Source: a virus (Duplodnaviria; Caudoviricetes). Taken from it: a stretch of 64,000 nucleotides of DNA. A program made the translations under genes and the position numbers. Below the pieces are notes generated by a model, which had not been told where the DNA came from, did no database searches, and was given only the letters and a program-made list of their open reading frames with translations. Positions 10,235 to 19,802 of the stretch are shown one piece after another; within the stretch, counting starts at the first letter, position 1; every line of letters starts with the position of its first letter. The stretch spans positions 128,001-192,000 of the IMG/VR virus record IMGVR_UViG_3300037295_000263. The stretch is one strand, 5' to 3'.

Positions 10235-10683
10235 TGTTTAAAGGTATTAAACAATTTATCCCAAATAGGAAAAAACAATCCGTAATTTTTTTCCGGATTA
10301 CTATGGTGAACCAAGTGGGATTTGCCACTAGTTAATACAGGATATAAATCAAACGTTATATCGTGTTCTATTCTTTCTTGAATTATTGCGGCCCAGCAAT
10401 AATAAAATATCGAAATCCACCATTGCCCAGTTAGTATCGAGAATACCAACGTAGGAATTACTTCAGTCAACCATAAATCAATAGTGCTGTTCATTGTATC
10501 ATTAAACAGAAACAAATTATTCCAGTGCCATGTACTTTGATTCTTTTTAGTTTTTAATGAAACAGAGATGAATTTATGGTGATCTCTATGATAGTTTAGT
10601 AAAAATTTATTTGCATGAGCAGCTCTATGAATCCAATATAAAATAAAAGTCCATAATACAAAATAAAAAATATACTCAATCAT
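10222..10683 (-). CDS. Sterol desaturase / fatty acid hydroxylase superfamily membrane protein
   Basis: His boxes YWIHRAAH, HRDHH, HLVHH followed by NYG. Confidence 0.85.
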   Translation of the reverse strand: MIEYIFYFVLWTFILYWIHRAAHANKFLLNYHRDHHKFISVSLKTKKNQSTWHWNNLFLFNDTMNSTIDLWLTEVIPTLVFSILTGQWWISIFYYCWAAIIQERIEHDITFDLYPVLTSGKSHLVHHSNPEKNYGLFFPIWDKLFNTFKHHDS

Positions 10684-11187
10684 TTAACTGAATAAATCCT
10701 CGTTCCATTCTCTATGTCCTTCTCGGAAAGCCATGTTACTTTGTGTTTCGCGAACTTCCACACGATAACACCATAAGCGTTCTGCTTCAGAAGGACCCCA
10801 CATATCTGGAATATAAACACCATTTACATATTTGTACAGCATATCGGCTAATCCTTCGCACCCTAATTTTGGAAGAATTGTTAGTTTAGCTAATTTCTTT
10901 TCTTGTAATAACTTGTAGGTATCTAATTCTGGATCGTCTTCTGCTACTAACAATGTGTGATCGAATTGGTTCTCTAAGATTCCTTTGAGTTCTTTAAGAC
11001 CTCCGTAGTCAGCTGCCCAGTTTCTAACATCCAGACTGTCTGTTCCAAAATAAAACTTCATGCTAAAACTGTAGCCGTGAATCAAATTACAATGGCTGTC
11101 GGCTCTCCACTGTCTATATGCAACAGGAAATGCATCGTGATATTCTTTAGTGCTGGTATATTTGTATTGTCTTGATTGATTTGCCAT
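10684..11187 (-). CDS. queD: 6-carboxytetrahydropterin synthase / PTPS (QueD family)
   Basis: YHDAF...SHCNLIHGYS, DH, E...ET motifs; GGAG RBS before ATG 11187. Confidence 0.8.
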   Translation of the reverse strand: MANQSRQYKYTSTKEYHDAFPVAYRQWRADSHCNLIHGYSFSMKFYFGTDSLDVRNWAADYGGLKELKGILENQFDHTLLVAEDDPELDTYKLLQEKKLAKLTILPKLGCEGLADMLYKYVNGVYIPDMWGPSEAERLWCYRVEVRETQSNMAFREGHREWNEDLFS

Positions 11188-11280
11188 CTCTAGTCTCCTT
11201 AATGGTAGCAAGTTTGACGGCTGCAGAGTATTTAAAGTGGGTTGAAGCCATAAAGTCCACTGGTTGTATTTAACAATAAT

Positions 11281-12444
11281 TTAAACTACTTTCAACAATA
11301 CAGTATCCTCGTTAATTCTGCCATTCAATTTAATGTCAACTGCATTAATATCTTCAAGGAACTTTCTTAATTGGACTTTGCCCATAGAGTTAAAAGACTT
11401 TAGCTGTTCTGCAGGCTTTCTTAATGTTTTTTGTAAGCTCTTTTCCACATCAAAATTAATAATAGTTGTGCCTTTAACACTCAAATCACTAAATTCAGCA
11501 GCAATGTATTTTCCAATTTTTCTAGTTTTAGTATTATAGATCCAAAGTTCTTTAGAACCCACTACATCCAATGGATTAACCGAAACTAATTTTAAACCAG
11601 TATCGGTCTTTTTAAATTTAAGTTTAGCAATTAATTTATCTTTGCTCACTGATTTTACTGCACGGGGCTTTCGATTTATCTTAGCTTCTTGTCCTAGCAT
11701 TTCGCAAGCACTAATAATTTCGTTGTAAAAGTCTAAAATCTTTTTAAGATTCTTTTTGCCAAGATGTTCGTACGCTTCTTTCAGTGTTTCGTCTTTTTTA
11801 TTGGTATATGCTTCTTGCAATTCTTGTTGGTTGTTCTTATACAGCCCTTGAATAATCCGAGCATGCGCTGCTTTAACTTGCCGACTCCTCAAGAGATTTA
11901 CTAATTTAAATGATTTAGGATCGAATGTTTCTGGATCTTTCTGAAATAACTCAATAGCATCTTCAATTTCATCAGTCATCCTTAAACTAGATTCGCGTAA
12001 CCGTTCTTGAATACTAGGAGTATAAGTAGGCTTACTATCTACTACCACTTCTTCTGTATCGTTGATCCCTTCTTTGAGTACTTCATCTATTTCTTTTTTC
12101 AACCACTCGGCAGAGTTTTTACTTTGATTAAATTCTTCTCTCGAATCTGGCATACCACGTAACAAGTTACTAGCAACAGCACCCATAGTGCCACTGCACC
12201 GATAGTCTTTAGTGGATTTGAATTGTTTAATAGTATCCTTAGAGTATTCAACACGACTCATCCAATTAATTACCCGGCTTTTTAGTTCAGCAGATTTATG
12301 ATTAATGTGATAATATTTCATAGCCTCATGAAAGAAACTAAAGAACACTTCATTATTCCATGTTTCATGACCAGCCCAATTAGGACTAGGATCTTTAATT
12401 CGAATTGCACGTGCTTCTGCTGCCTTTGCTGATTTAACTGCCAT
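11281..12444 (-). CDS. Hypothetical phage protein (387 aa)
   Basis: Long ORF with its own promoter; no family recognised with certainty. Confidence 0.8.
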   Translation of the reverse strand: MAVKSAKAAEARAIRIKDPSPNWAGHETWNNEVFFSFFHEAMKYYHINHKSAELKSRVINWMSRVEYSKDTIKQFKSTKDYRCSGTMGAVASNLLRGMPDSREEFNQSKNSAEWLKKEIDEVLKEGINDTEEVVVDSKPTYTPSIQERLRESSLRMTDEIEDAIELFQKDPETFDPKSFKLVNLLRSRQVKAAHARIIQGLYKNNQQELQEAYTNKKDETLKEAYEHLGKKNLKKILDFYNEIISACEMLGQEAKINRKPRAVKSVSKDKLIAKLKFKKTDTGLKLVSVNPLDVVGSKELWIYNTKTRKIGKYIAAEFSDLSVKGTTIINFDVEKSLQKTLRKPAEQLKSFNSMGKVQLRKFLEDINAVDIKLNGRINEDTVLLKVV

Positions 12445-12472
12445 TATTATACTCCGTAGTTAAGATGTACAT

Positions 12473-12501
12473 AGTGTACTATAAAATTTATTTACTGTCA
12501 A
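12473..12501 (-). promoter_or_regulatory. Sigma70-type promoter TTGACA-17-TACACT
   Basis: Read directly from the minus strand. Confidence 0.65.
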
Positions 12502-12503
12502 TA

Positions 12504-13034
12504 TTAGAACTTTTCCCAGTCGCCTCCAGGCGCAAGAACCCAACCTAATGTTTTTAAGTCAGTTCTGATTTCTTCTGTTACACATCCTTCCGGTATACTT
12601 GTATTTTTTGAATCACTAGGATCATAGTTGTGTGACATGCCCGAGCAATACCAATTGATGTAATCGCCTTCTTGCCTCATATCTGCAACAACGCCGCCTG
12701 CATACCTCCAGCTAAATCCCACAGTGTCTTCTTTAAGGATAGAAATTACATCTAATTTTTGAAAACTGTTATTACAAAACGCGGCATATAGACTTTGCGA
12801 ATACACCTCGCTAGTTCGTACTTTTTCTAAAATCCAGTCAGTGGTTAGTAAGTCGTATTCAAGATTATTTTCTCGAGAAGCTGGGTCTGAAAATTTATTT
12901 TTATGTTGGGTAATAACTTTGTCAAACATGTCTACATATTCTTGACTAACTGGCTCATTTTTTTCTTCTTTACGTTTCATGTAATTTGCTTTTTGAAAAG
13001 TAAATCTATCAGGACTTGTTGAATGATTGGACAT
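12504..13034 (-). CDS. Hypothetical protein
   Basis: 176 aa ORF in a tightly packed minus-strand run. Confidence 0.75.
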   Translation of the reverse strand: MSNHSTSPDRFTFQKANYMKRKEEKNEPVSQEYVDMFDKVITQHKNKFSDPASRENNLEYDLLTTDWILEKVRTSEVYSQSLYAAFCNNSFQKLDVISILKEDTVGFSWRYAGGVVADMRQEGDYINWYCSGMSHNYDPSDSKNTSIPEGCVTEEIRTDLKTLGWVLAPGGDWEKF

Positions 13035-13335
13035 CGGTAACTGCCTGCTTGATAGTTTCTGCGTAAGTCAATGCCTGCTGTTCGTTCATAACTAACGTAT
13101 TTTCAAACTTTGCAGAACCTGTAGTTAACAACTGCCAAATGTAGTGCCATCTTGAGCGGTCCCAAAAAGCAGTTCGTACAGTGGTATAGATTGTAACGTT
13201 TACTGAATCGTCAGTCTCAATGTCAATTGTATGCGTATGCTCGTCGTCACCGCACTGGCATACTGCCTTGTACATTTTTGATGTTCCCCAATCGTTTACT
13301 AATAAAATTCCTTCTGCTGGCTTTTGTGGTTTCAC
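13009..13335 (-). CDS. Hypothetical protein with CxC...H motif
   Basis: 108 aa ORF, GTG start. Confidence 0.7.
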   Translation of the reverse strand: MKPQKPAEGILLVNDWGTSKMYKAVCQCGDDEHTHTIDIETDDSVNVTIYTTVRTAFWDRSRWHYIWQLLTTGSAKFENTLVMNEQQALTYAETIKQAVTDVQSFNKS

Positions 13336-13362
13336 TATACTGCCCTTGAGTTAAATGTAAAT

Positions 13363-13602
13363 TTATTGATAGTAATTCGGTGGTGCATTTATAATTTTAA
13401 CATCACCTCGTAAATCCGAAATACGGTCTACAATGTTGTTATAACCTTCTTCCGATAGCACAGTTTTATAAAGAGTTAGTGCGTGAGTCATTAAAATTGC
13501 AGCTATTTCAATAGGGTTATTTTCTTCCATCTTTGTAGCATGAAAATCCCAGTAATCACTGCTAAGATCAGTTAGTTCTGCGTTGTCTGTGTCTATATTC
13601 AC
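13363..13602 (-). CDS. Hypothetical protein
   Basis: 79 aa ORF, packed. Confidence 0.65.
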   Translation of the reverse strand: MNIDTDNAELTDLSSDYWDFHATKMEENNPIEIAAILMTHALTLYKTVLSEEGYNNIVDRISDLRGDVKIINAPPNYYQ

Positions 13603-13741
13603 GTTTTAACCACCATTTGTAATTGTTCCAATATTGATTAATTGTAGCAGGACTTTCGCTGTACGTCAACCGTTCGTCGCAGTTCTGCCTCCACAACTCT
13701 TCGACCCACTGCCTAAAAGCACTTGATTTTTGAATTGACAT
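13568..13741 (-). CDS. Small Trp-rich hypothetical protein
   Basis: GGAGG RBS; start moved to ATG 13741. Confidence 0.65.
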   Translation of the reverse strand: MSIQKSSAFRQWVEELWRQNCDERLTYSESPATINQYWNNYKWWLKREYRHRQRRTN

Positions 13742-13752
13742 AACATGGCCTC

Positions 13753-14589
13753 CTAGGTCCATAATCCGTGGCGTACTCGAATTAATCTTATCATCATATC
13801 TTCTTCTTCCTGCTCGTAATTTGCTTCCATTTTAGTTAGAATTTTGTAAGCACAGTCGTGTTCTTCTCGCAGCACAGGATCTGTCGGCTGACTAAAACTT
13901 AGCCTACCGCCGTTTTCTTGTCGTTGTCGCTCGCAAACGGCTGACCATCCACTAGCATGGTAAGGATCTGGACGGTTACGATATGTGTCAGTCCACCAAA
14001 TGTAGAGATCTAATATTTCTTGAGCTTTGATTGCTTGTTGAGTTAACTTGTCCACATCTGGGCTGTCTTCTCCAACTTCATCTTCTTGCCATCGTAAGTT
14101 ACGTTGCCATTCTAAGTTGTCTAAACCTGCTTGTGTGCTGCGCCATGTTCTTGATCTAAACCAGCCCGTGGCCCAAAATGGTGCAGAATATTTTTTACAC
14201 TGTTCTTCGTCGCCCCACGCAATTTGGCTCCATGCTAGTTCAACTTCGACAAAATCAACTAGTTCATTAAACAGGCAAGGAAGAAACCGGTTGCCGGTAT
14301 CACACCAGCTGCCTGGTTTGATATCTTTTTTATCTGCAGTAAGAGCGTGTGTGCGAGTTACCCATCTGTTGTTTATATAGTACTTGATGCTGTGTAAAGT
14401 ATCCGGAATGTAATAGACTACATTTGAGATATACCGTAGTCCTTCTTCTGCTATCCAGTAACGTATTGGATGTGATAATTTGGCAGCATCGTCCCATTCG
14501 TCCCACCCTTCGCTTGTAGCACAGGAAGGCTTTTTAGTTCCCCTAAGCCAATCGGCAAACTTTGAACAACTCCAATAGTGCGATCTCAT
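13753..14589 (-). CDS. Trp-rich hypothetical phage protein
   Basis: 278 aa ORF, AAGGA RBS. Confidence 0.75.
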   Translation of the reverse strand: MRSHYWSCSKFADWLRGTKKPSCATSEGWDEWDDAAKLSHPIRYWIAEEGLRYISNVVYYIPDTLHSIKYYINNRWVTRTHALTADKKDIKPGSWCDTGNRFLPCLFNELVDFVEVELAWSQIAWGDEEQCKKYSAPFWATGWFRSRTWRSTQAGLDNLEWQRNLRWQEDEVGEDSPDVDKLTQQAIKAQEILDLYIWWTDTYRNRPDPYHASGWSAVCERQRQENGGRLSFSQPTDPVLREEHDCAYKILTKMEANYEQEEEDMMIRLIRVRHGLWT

Positions 14590-14609
14590 ATACTTCCTTT
14601 AGTGTTAAA

Positions 14610-15281
14610 TTACTTTCGATTTCCAAACAACTGTAGTAGCTGTAAAAACAAATTGATAAAGTCCAGGTACAATGTCAATGCGCCCATAATCTCTGCTTTG
14701 CTTGTATCGCCACCATACGACACTGCTTCGCGAATCTTCTGAGTGTCATACGCAGTCAATCCTAGAAACACGATAATAGCAATAGCCGAGATGGTCATTT
14801 GCAGCGCAGTTGATCCAATAAACAGATTTATCACACTGGCAATAATCACAGCAATAAGCCCCACAAACATATATTGACCAAGACTGGTTAAATCTTTTTT
14901 GGTAAAGTAACCATAAAAACTTAGTACTCCAAATAGCACAGCCGCTCCCATAAACGCAGTAAAGATACTGCCCATAGTATAAACAGCAAAGATCATGGAA
15001 AAACTCAATCCCATTAATGCCGCAAAGCCGTATAGGAATAGTTGTAATCCGGTTTTAGTAAAGTGTTCCATGGCAAAGCTCATTACTAGTATAGCAGCCA
15101 ACGGAGAAAGAATCACGATCCATTTTAATATGCCAGTAAAAAAGAACTGTAGTAATTCTGGACTTGATCCTACAAAATAGCTAACCACCATACTGATTAA
15201 TACTGCTATGCCCATATGGCCATAAACTCGACCCATTGCTTCGTTTAGTTCCGAAGCTGAACGATAAGAAGTTGCGTACAT
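14610..15281 (-). CDS. Bax inhibitor-1/YccA family membrane protein
   Basis: About 7 TM helices, YDTQKI and ALTLYLDFINLF motifs. Confidence 0.92.
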   Translation of the reverse strand: MYATSYRSASELNEAMGRVYGHMGIAVLISMVVSYFVGSSPELLQFFFTGILKWIVILSPLAAILVMSFAMEHFTKTGLQLFLYGFAALMGLSFSMIFAVYTMGSIFTAFMGAAVLFGVLSFYGYFTKKDLTSLGQYMFVGLIAVIIASVINLFIGSTALQMTISAIAIIVFLGLTAYDTQKIREAVSYGGDTSKAEIMGALTLYLDFINLFLQLLQLFGNRK

Positions 15282-15292
15282 TATAATCCTTG

Positions 15293-16135
15293 TTAAACAG
15301 CCATATCGGCCTTGATTGGTGGGTGCGGAATGTACCCATCTAGTTTAAAGCTATCAACAGTATACTGGTCTATTGGCTTTGTGTCAAACTTTAAAGTAGG
15401 AAGTGGACGAATATCTCTACTTAATTGTTCGCGTACCGCATCAAAGTGGTTGTTGTAGATATGACAATCACCACCTGTCCAAATAAAGTCGCCTACTTCG
15501 AGTCCACACTCCCTAGCAATGATATGAGTAAGTAAGCTATAGCTGGCAATGTTAAAAGGTACACCTAAAAACATATCACAACTACGTTGATACATTTGAC
15601 AACTAAGTTCACCGTCTGTAACATCAAATTGGCTCAGTATGTGGCACGGAGGTAATACCATGTAGTTTAGCTCAGCAGGATTCCACGCTGACACAATATG
15701 ACGCCTACTGCTAGGATCTTTCTTGATACCGTCAATTAAATTTTTAATTTGATCAACGGAAACTCCGCCTCTTGGAGATTCCCATCTACGCCATTGTACT
15801 CCGTATACTCGTCCTAGGTCACCCGGAAACAGAGCTTTTTGTTTCCAGTAATCGGCTTGAGCATTTGCTGTCCAAATAGTTTTCTTGTCCGATTCGTCCG
15901 AACCATGCAATATCTTGGCCAGTCTGCGCTCATTACCACTTCCTTCCAAAAACCAAAGTAGCTCACTTACTACAGCACGCCATGCCAATTGCTTTGTAGT
16001 AACTGCCGGAAACGAATGACGCAAGTCAAATCTCATTTGGTATCCAAATACTGACCTAGTACCTACTCCAGTACGATCTGTCTTGTCACGTCCATGGGCC
16101 ATGACATGTTCTAATGCTTGACTATATTCTTTCAT
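15293..16135 (-). CDS. thyA: Thymidylate synthase
   Basis: DRTGVGT, LPPCH, YQRSCDMFLGVPFNIASY. Confidence 0.98.
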   Translation of the reverse strand: MKEYSQALEHVMAHGRDKTDRTGVGTRSVFGYQMRFDLRHSFPAVTTKQLAWRAVVSELLWFLEGSGNERRLAKILHGSDESDKKTIWTANAQADYWKQKALFPGDLGRVYGVQWRRWESPRGGVSVDQIKNLIDGIKKDPSSRRHIVSAWNPAELNYMVLPPCHILSQFDVTDGELSCQMYQRSCDMFLGVPFNIASYSLLTHIIARECGLEVGDFIWTGGDCHIYNNHFDAVREQLSRDIRPLPTLKFDTKPIDQYTVDSFKLDGYIPHPPIKADMAV

Positions 16136-16604
16136 AAACCTCCACAGTGCAGGAACTACAGTCTCTGCTATTTGTTAATTTAAATCCTGATAAAATTTCC
16201 GGTAAATTTAAATGAGTATCGCACATAAAATCTCCAGGAATCCGTGTAATGTACAAGCATTCTAAAACAGGCAATGCTTGTTTTAATATGTTAGCACCTC
16301 CTATAACAAATAAATTTTTAGTAGGTCGAAGCTTGTAAAATTTTAAAAGGCCTTCACATACATCCCCGCTAAATTGATCGATGTCTAGACGATCAAGAAA
16401 GTTATTAGTTATTACAACATTAACTCTATTAGGTAACGGTTTGACCATATCAGGACTGTCCCAGGTCTGTCTTCCCATTACTACCACACTATCTGTAGTT
16501 ATATGTTTAAACCACTGCATGTCTTCCTTGTTACGAGGCCATGGTATAGTTCCATCTCTTCCTATTCCACCGAGGTCATCGACTGCAAATACTGCTCCGA
16601 TCAT
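16122..16604 (-). CDS. folA: Dihydrofolate reductase
   Basis: GGIG...IPW...DMQWF, VVMGR.TW, PLPNRVN, IGGA. Confidence 0.93.
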   Translation of the reverse strand: MIGAVFAVDDLGGIGRDGTIPWPRNKEDMQWFKHITTDSVVVMGRQTWDSPDMVKPLPNRVNVVITNNFLDRLDIDQFSGDVCEGLLKFYKLRPTKNLFVIGGANILKQALPVLECLYITRIPGDFMCDTHLNLPEILSGFKLTNSRDCSSCTVEVYERI

Positions 16605-16996
16605 CTTTTTAAAATCTCCATTAATTTTTCTTTCTCTAAGATTTCTTTTTCCAATGCTTCATATTGTTCTTTTATTTGCCTAAGACTATCCCACTTTGTT
16701 TCTAGTTCAGGATTACCATTTAAAATAACTAAGCGTTTTTCTATAGCGTCTAACGATTTAACTAAACTTTTGCCTGCAAGTACTATGTCATCTTCTGTTA
16801 TGCAAGTGCGACCGACAGTAATGTACGATGTTGGAGAATAACTCATATCCGGATTACAGGTGTAGTTGTAGTTAACAGGGTACGTTGATGAATCCATAGT
16901 AATAGTATTAGTAGTGCTTCCGCCAGTAATAGTTAAATCACTATAAGTGTAGCCACTACCAAGACTAACAGTTACAATGTCGTCTTGATCGTCCAT
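16601..16996 (-). CDS. Hypothetical protein with Thr/Ser-rich N-terminus and coiled-coil C-terminus
   Basis: 131 aa ORF, packed. Confidence 0.7.
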   Translation of the reverse strand: MDDQDDIVTVSLGSGYTYSDLTITGGSTTNTITMDSSTYPVNYNYTCNPDMSYSPTSYITVGRTCITEDDIVLAGKSLVKSLDAIEKRLVILNGNPELETKWDSLRQIKEQYEALEKEILEKEKLMEILKR

Positions 16997-16998
16997 AG

Positions 16999-17196
16999 TT
17001 ACGCTGCTTTTTTAGCTTCTGCTCTAGCATTTTTTTCAGCAGTAATTTCATTGCGGCGTGCTTTTACACCTTTGGCAACTTCTTGCAATGCTTTGCGACT
17101 GCGTGTGCCTGCTGCTGCATTTCCTGCTGAAAACTTAGTATCTTCTGCTAAAAATTCTTCAAAGTCTTTTTTTAATTGCTCTACTGTGTTTGACAT
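16999..17196 (-). CDS. Histone H1-like Hc1-family nucleoid protein
   Basis: GNAAAGTRSRKALQE motif, Ala/Lys-rich, 65 aa. Confidence 0.7.
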   Translation of the reverse strand: MSNTVEQLKKDFEEFLAEDTKFSAGNAAAGTRSRKALQEVAKGVKARRNEITAEKNARAEAKKAA

Positions 17197-17240
17197 ATTG
17201 TTTCCTTTTAAAATGTCTTTTACTTATATCGTATTACTTA

Positions 17241-17340
17241 TATGGCTGGTAGGACTCGAACCTACAAAGCGGTATCTATGATGTTGCTATTCCCTTTAAA
17301 CTAAGTTTATCGGAGGTCTGCCAATTCCTCTCACAGCCAT
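17241..17340 (-). ncRNA. tRNA-like RNA (Leu-type D and T arms) lacking a normal anticodon loop
   Basis: Acceptor ATGGCTG/CAGCCAT, D arm AGG-AATTGGCAGA-CCT, T arm GTAGG-TTCGAGT-CCTAC; no CCA. Confidence 0.6.
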
Positions 17341-17346
17341 GTCACT

Positions 17347-17375
17347 AGTATATAACCGCATTTTATTAAAATCAA
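17347..17375 (-). promoter_or_regulatory. Sigma70-type promoter TTGATT-17-TATACT driving the tRNA-like RNA and Hc1 operon
   Basis: Read directly; ends 6 nt before the RNA 5' end. Confidence 0.6.
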
Positions 17376-17400
17376 TGCCGCGTTTATTAAATAATACTAG

Positions 17401-18393
17401 ATGATGACAACTAAATTTAAAAATATTCCGTTTCAAAGTATTGCGAAATTTGGACAGCGTACTATGCTGTCGCGCCCTTTATTCTCAACAAGTTGGATTT
17501 TGGGAAGGTTCTGCAACTATAAGTGTAGCTACTGCTGGCCTTATGCTCGCAGTGACAAAATAGATCACCAGTCATTGGAAACTTACACGCATACTATAGA
17601 CGAAATTAAACGGCAGGCTCGCCAAAATGGATTCACCGAGTTCCACTGGAGCTTTAGTGGAGGTGAGCCTACTGCTTACAAACAGTTAACAGAATTAATT
17701 AAACACTTAGACGATGGTGATGCAACACCGTATCAAAGCATTCACATGACAACCAATTTATCGCCAGGTGTGAAATGGTGGAAATCATGGGTTGAAACAA
17801 CAAGAGTACTGCAACGATGCAGCATCACTGCCAGCTTTCATGATGAGTTTGCCAAGGAACAAGAGTTTGGAGACAAGATCTTATACCTAATGAGTGAGGG
17901 GGTGCATGTCACAATCAATCAAGTAATGGTTCCGGAAAAGTTTAACGAACTGTATGAACGCTTAGCACGTTTTGCCTACCTCGGGATTAATGTCACCCTG
18001 AAACCTCAAAGTGATCCCACTGCCAGTCAAGTAGTATCCGGTTATACCGATAGCATGATTTCCGCCATGCGTACAGGATTCCCACAACACGCCAACGGTG
18101 AAGACACTTATCAGATAGCACTATACGATGCAAATGATACTGAATACTTGTTTGATCAAGCAGAACGATTTAATGCGTTTGGATTCAACAAGTTTACCAA
18201 TTGGACTTGCAATTCAGGGTATCAAAGTGTTATAATAAGAGGTAATGAAGTTAAACGTGGCTATAGTTGCCACGATCACCCGTTAGGCAATATATTAACA
18301 GGATTTGATCTGTTCAATGAGCCACAATCATGTATAACACCCAGTTGTGTTAGTTCAGCGGATTCAAAGATACCAAAATGCAAAATTATTTAA
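17401..18393 (+). CDS. Radical SAM protein with C-terminal Cys-rich (SPASM/twitch-like) domain
   Basis: CNYKCSYC, SGGEPT, C-terminal CNSG...SC...C...C. Confidence 0.9.
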   Translation: MMTTKFKNIPFQSIAKFGQRTMLSRPLFSTSWILGRFCNYKCSYCWPYARSDKIDHQSLETYTHTIDEIKRQARQNGFTEFHWSFSGGEPTAYKQLTELIKHLDDGDATPYQSIHMTTNLSPGVKWWKSWVETTRVLQRCSITASFHDEFAKEQEFGDKILYLMSEGVHVTINQVMVPEKFNELYERLARFAYLGINVTLKPQSDPTASQVVSGYTDSMISAMRTGFPQHANGEDTYQIALYDANDTEYLFDQAERFNAFGFNKFTNWTCNSGYQSVIIRGNEVKRGYSCHDHPLGNILTGFDLFNEPQSCITPSCVSSADSKIPKCKII

Positions 18394-19139
18394 TCTGGAA
18401 TACAATGTTAGATGACGTCAGGAAGAATAGATTTCTCCCTGTAGATTGCAAAATGTCTAAGATCTTTGCAGAATCAGACACTGAAGAGCTGTTTAATGCT
18501 AACTTAAAAACTCAACCCGCAGATTGGGAATATCGAACTAAACCAATTAATTATACCTATAACAAAGACTTCTACAGAACAGGTGAATTTAAAAACTTAG
18601 ATTGGGCAAATAGTATTGTGATATTCGGATGCAGTAATGTTTTTGGAGTTGGGCAAGACGAGTACGACACCGTGTCCAGCACAGTAGAACGACTGGTAGG
18701 AATGCCAGTTATCAATATGGGGGTAGGTGGGTCGAGTATTAATTTTTCATTGCATAACAGCATTATAATGAGTCGAGAGTACCCAACACCAAAGGCTGTA
18801 GTGCATCTCTGGACCGAAGAGTCTCGATGCGTATATTATTCTAAAAAGAAATTATTTAATCTAGGTAGTTGGAATAGGAGAGAACGATATGATTATTTTA
18901 ATGCGTGGACTGCTGACCCTTATAACTATAAGACTAATGCACTTTTTGCTAGTTTAATTAGCCAACAGCTATGGGAAGGAAAATGCAAGTATTATGAGGC
19001 CAGTTATTTTGAAGAAACCTCCAAGACTTTAAAGTGCGATAAACTTAAAAGTATTGATCTATCAAGAGATATTATACATTACGGTCCCAAGACAACATTG
19101 TATGCAGCAACAAAAATTGCTAATAATTTAAACTTATGA
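18378..19139 (+). CDS. SGNH-hydrolase-like protein
   Basis: IFGCSNVFG and INMGVGGSS blocks. Confidence 0.55.
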   Translation: MQNYLIWNTMLDDVRKNRFLPVDCKMSKIFAESDTEELFNANLKTQPADWEYRTKPINYTYNKDFYRTGEFKNLDWANSIVIFGCSNVFGVGQDEYDTVSSTVERLVGMPVINMGVGGSSINFSLHNSIIMSREYPTPKAVVHLWTEESRCVYYSKKKLFNLGSWNRRERYDYFNAWTADPYNYKTNALFASLISQQLWEGKCKYYEASYFEETSKTLKCDKLKSIDLSRDIIHYGPKTTLYAATKIANNLNL

Positions 19140-19726
19140 ACATAGATACAGATCACTTGCATTATTGGATGCAAGCAATACGTCAGAGCACAGATCCTAT
19201 GCGTACTATGGATGCGTTTTGGTCAGGACAAATTAAAAGCAAAGAATGGCTAATTAGTTGTTTAACACAATATGTAAACAAACCGGTGACTATAGATATA
19301 CACGGTGGATGGGTTGGCACTTTAGCAAGTTTATTATTTCAAAGCAGTCTTCCTATAAAACACATTAATAGCATCGACATAGATCCATGTGTGAATTCGA
19401 TTGCTATTAACATGAATAAACTAGAAGAAATAGAAGGAAGATTTCAAGCGTTTACAGCAGATATGTGCAACACTCATTCAGTTGCAGATATTATTATAAA
19501 TACTAGCTGCGAACATATTACCCAAGAACAATACAATACGTGGCTTAAGAATCAGCCAACCGATAGTATATTACTAGTACAAAGTAACAATTACGATATA
19601 CCTGAGCATATAAGAACAGCAAGTTCCTTAGATCATTTTGTTGAACAAAGCAACCTGGATGTATCATTAGCAGTAGAACTAACATTACCGTTATATAAAA
19701 GATTTATGATTATCGGAAAAAAATAG
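19136..19726 (+). CDS. Class I SAM-dependent methyltransferase
   Basis: IHGGWVG, IDID, ADM, NTSCEH. Confidence 0.75.
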   Translation: MNIDTDHLHYWMQAIRQSTDPMRTMDAFWSGQIKSKEWLISCLTQYVNKPVTIDIHGGWVGTLASLLFQSSLPIKHINSIDIDPCVNSIAINMNKLEEIEGRFQAFTADMCNTHSVADIIINTSCEHITQEQYNTWLKNQPTDSILLVQSNNYDIPEHIRTASSLDHFVEQSNLDVSLAVELTLPLYKRFMIIGKK

Positions 19727-19802
19727 CATATCTGTTTTGTTTATAGGTTAAATTTTCTTTGATAATTAAGTGTACAACATTACTTTTAAACTTAAAAATT
19801 AT

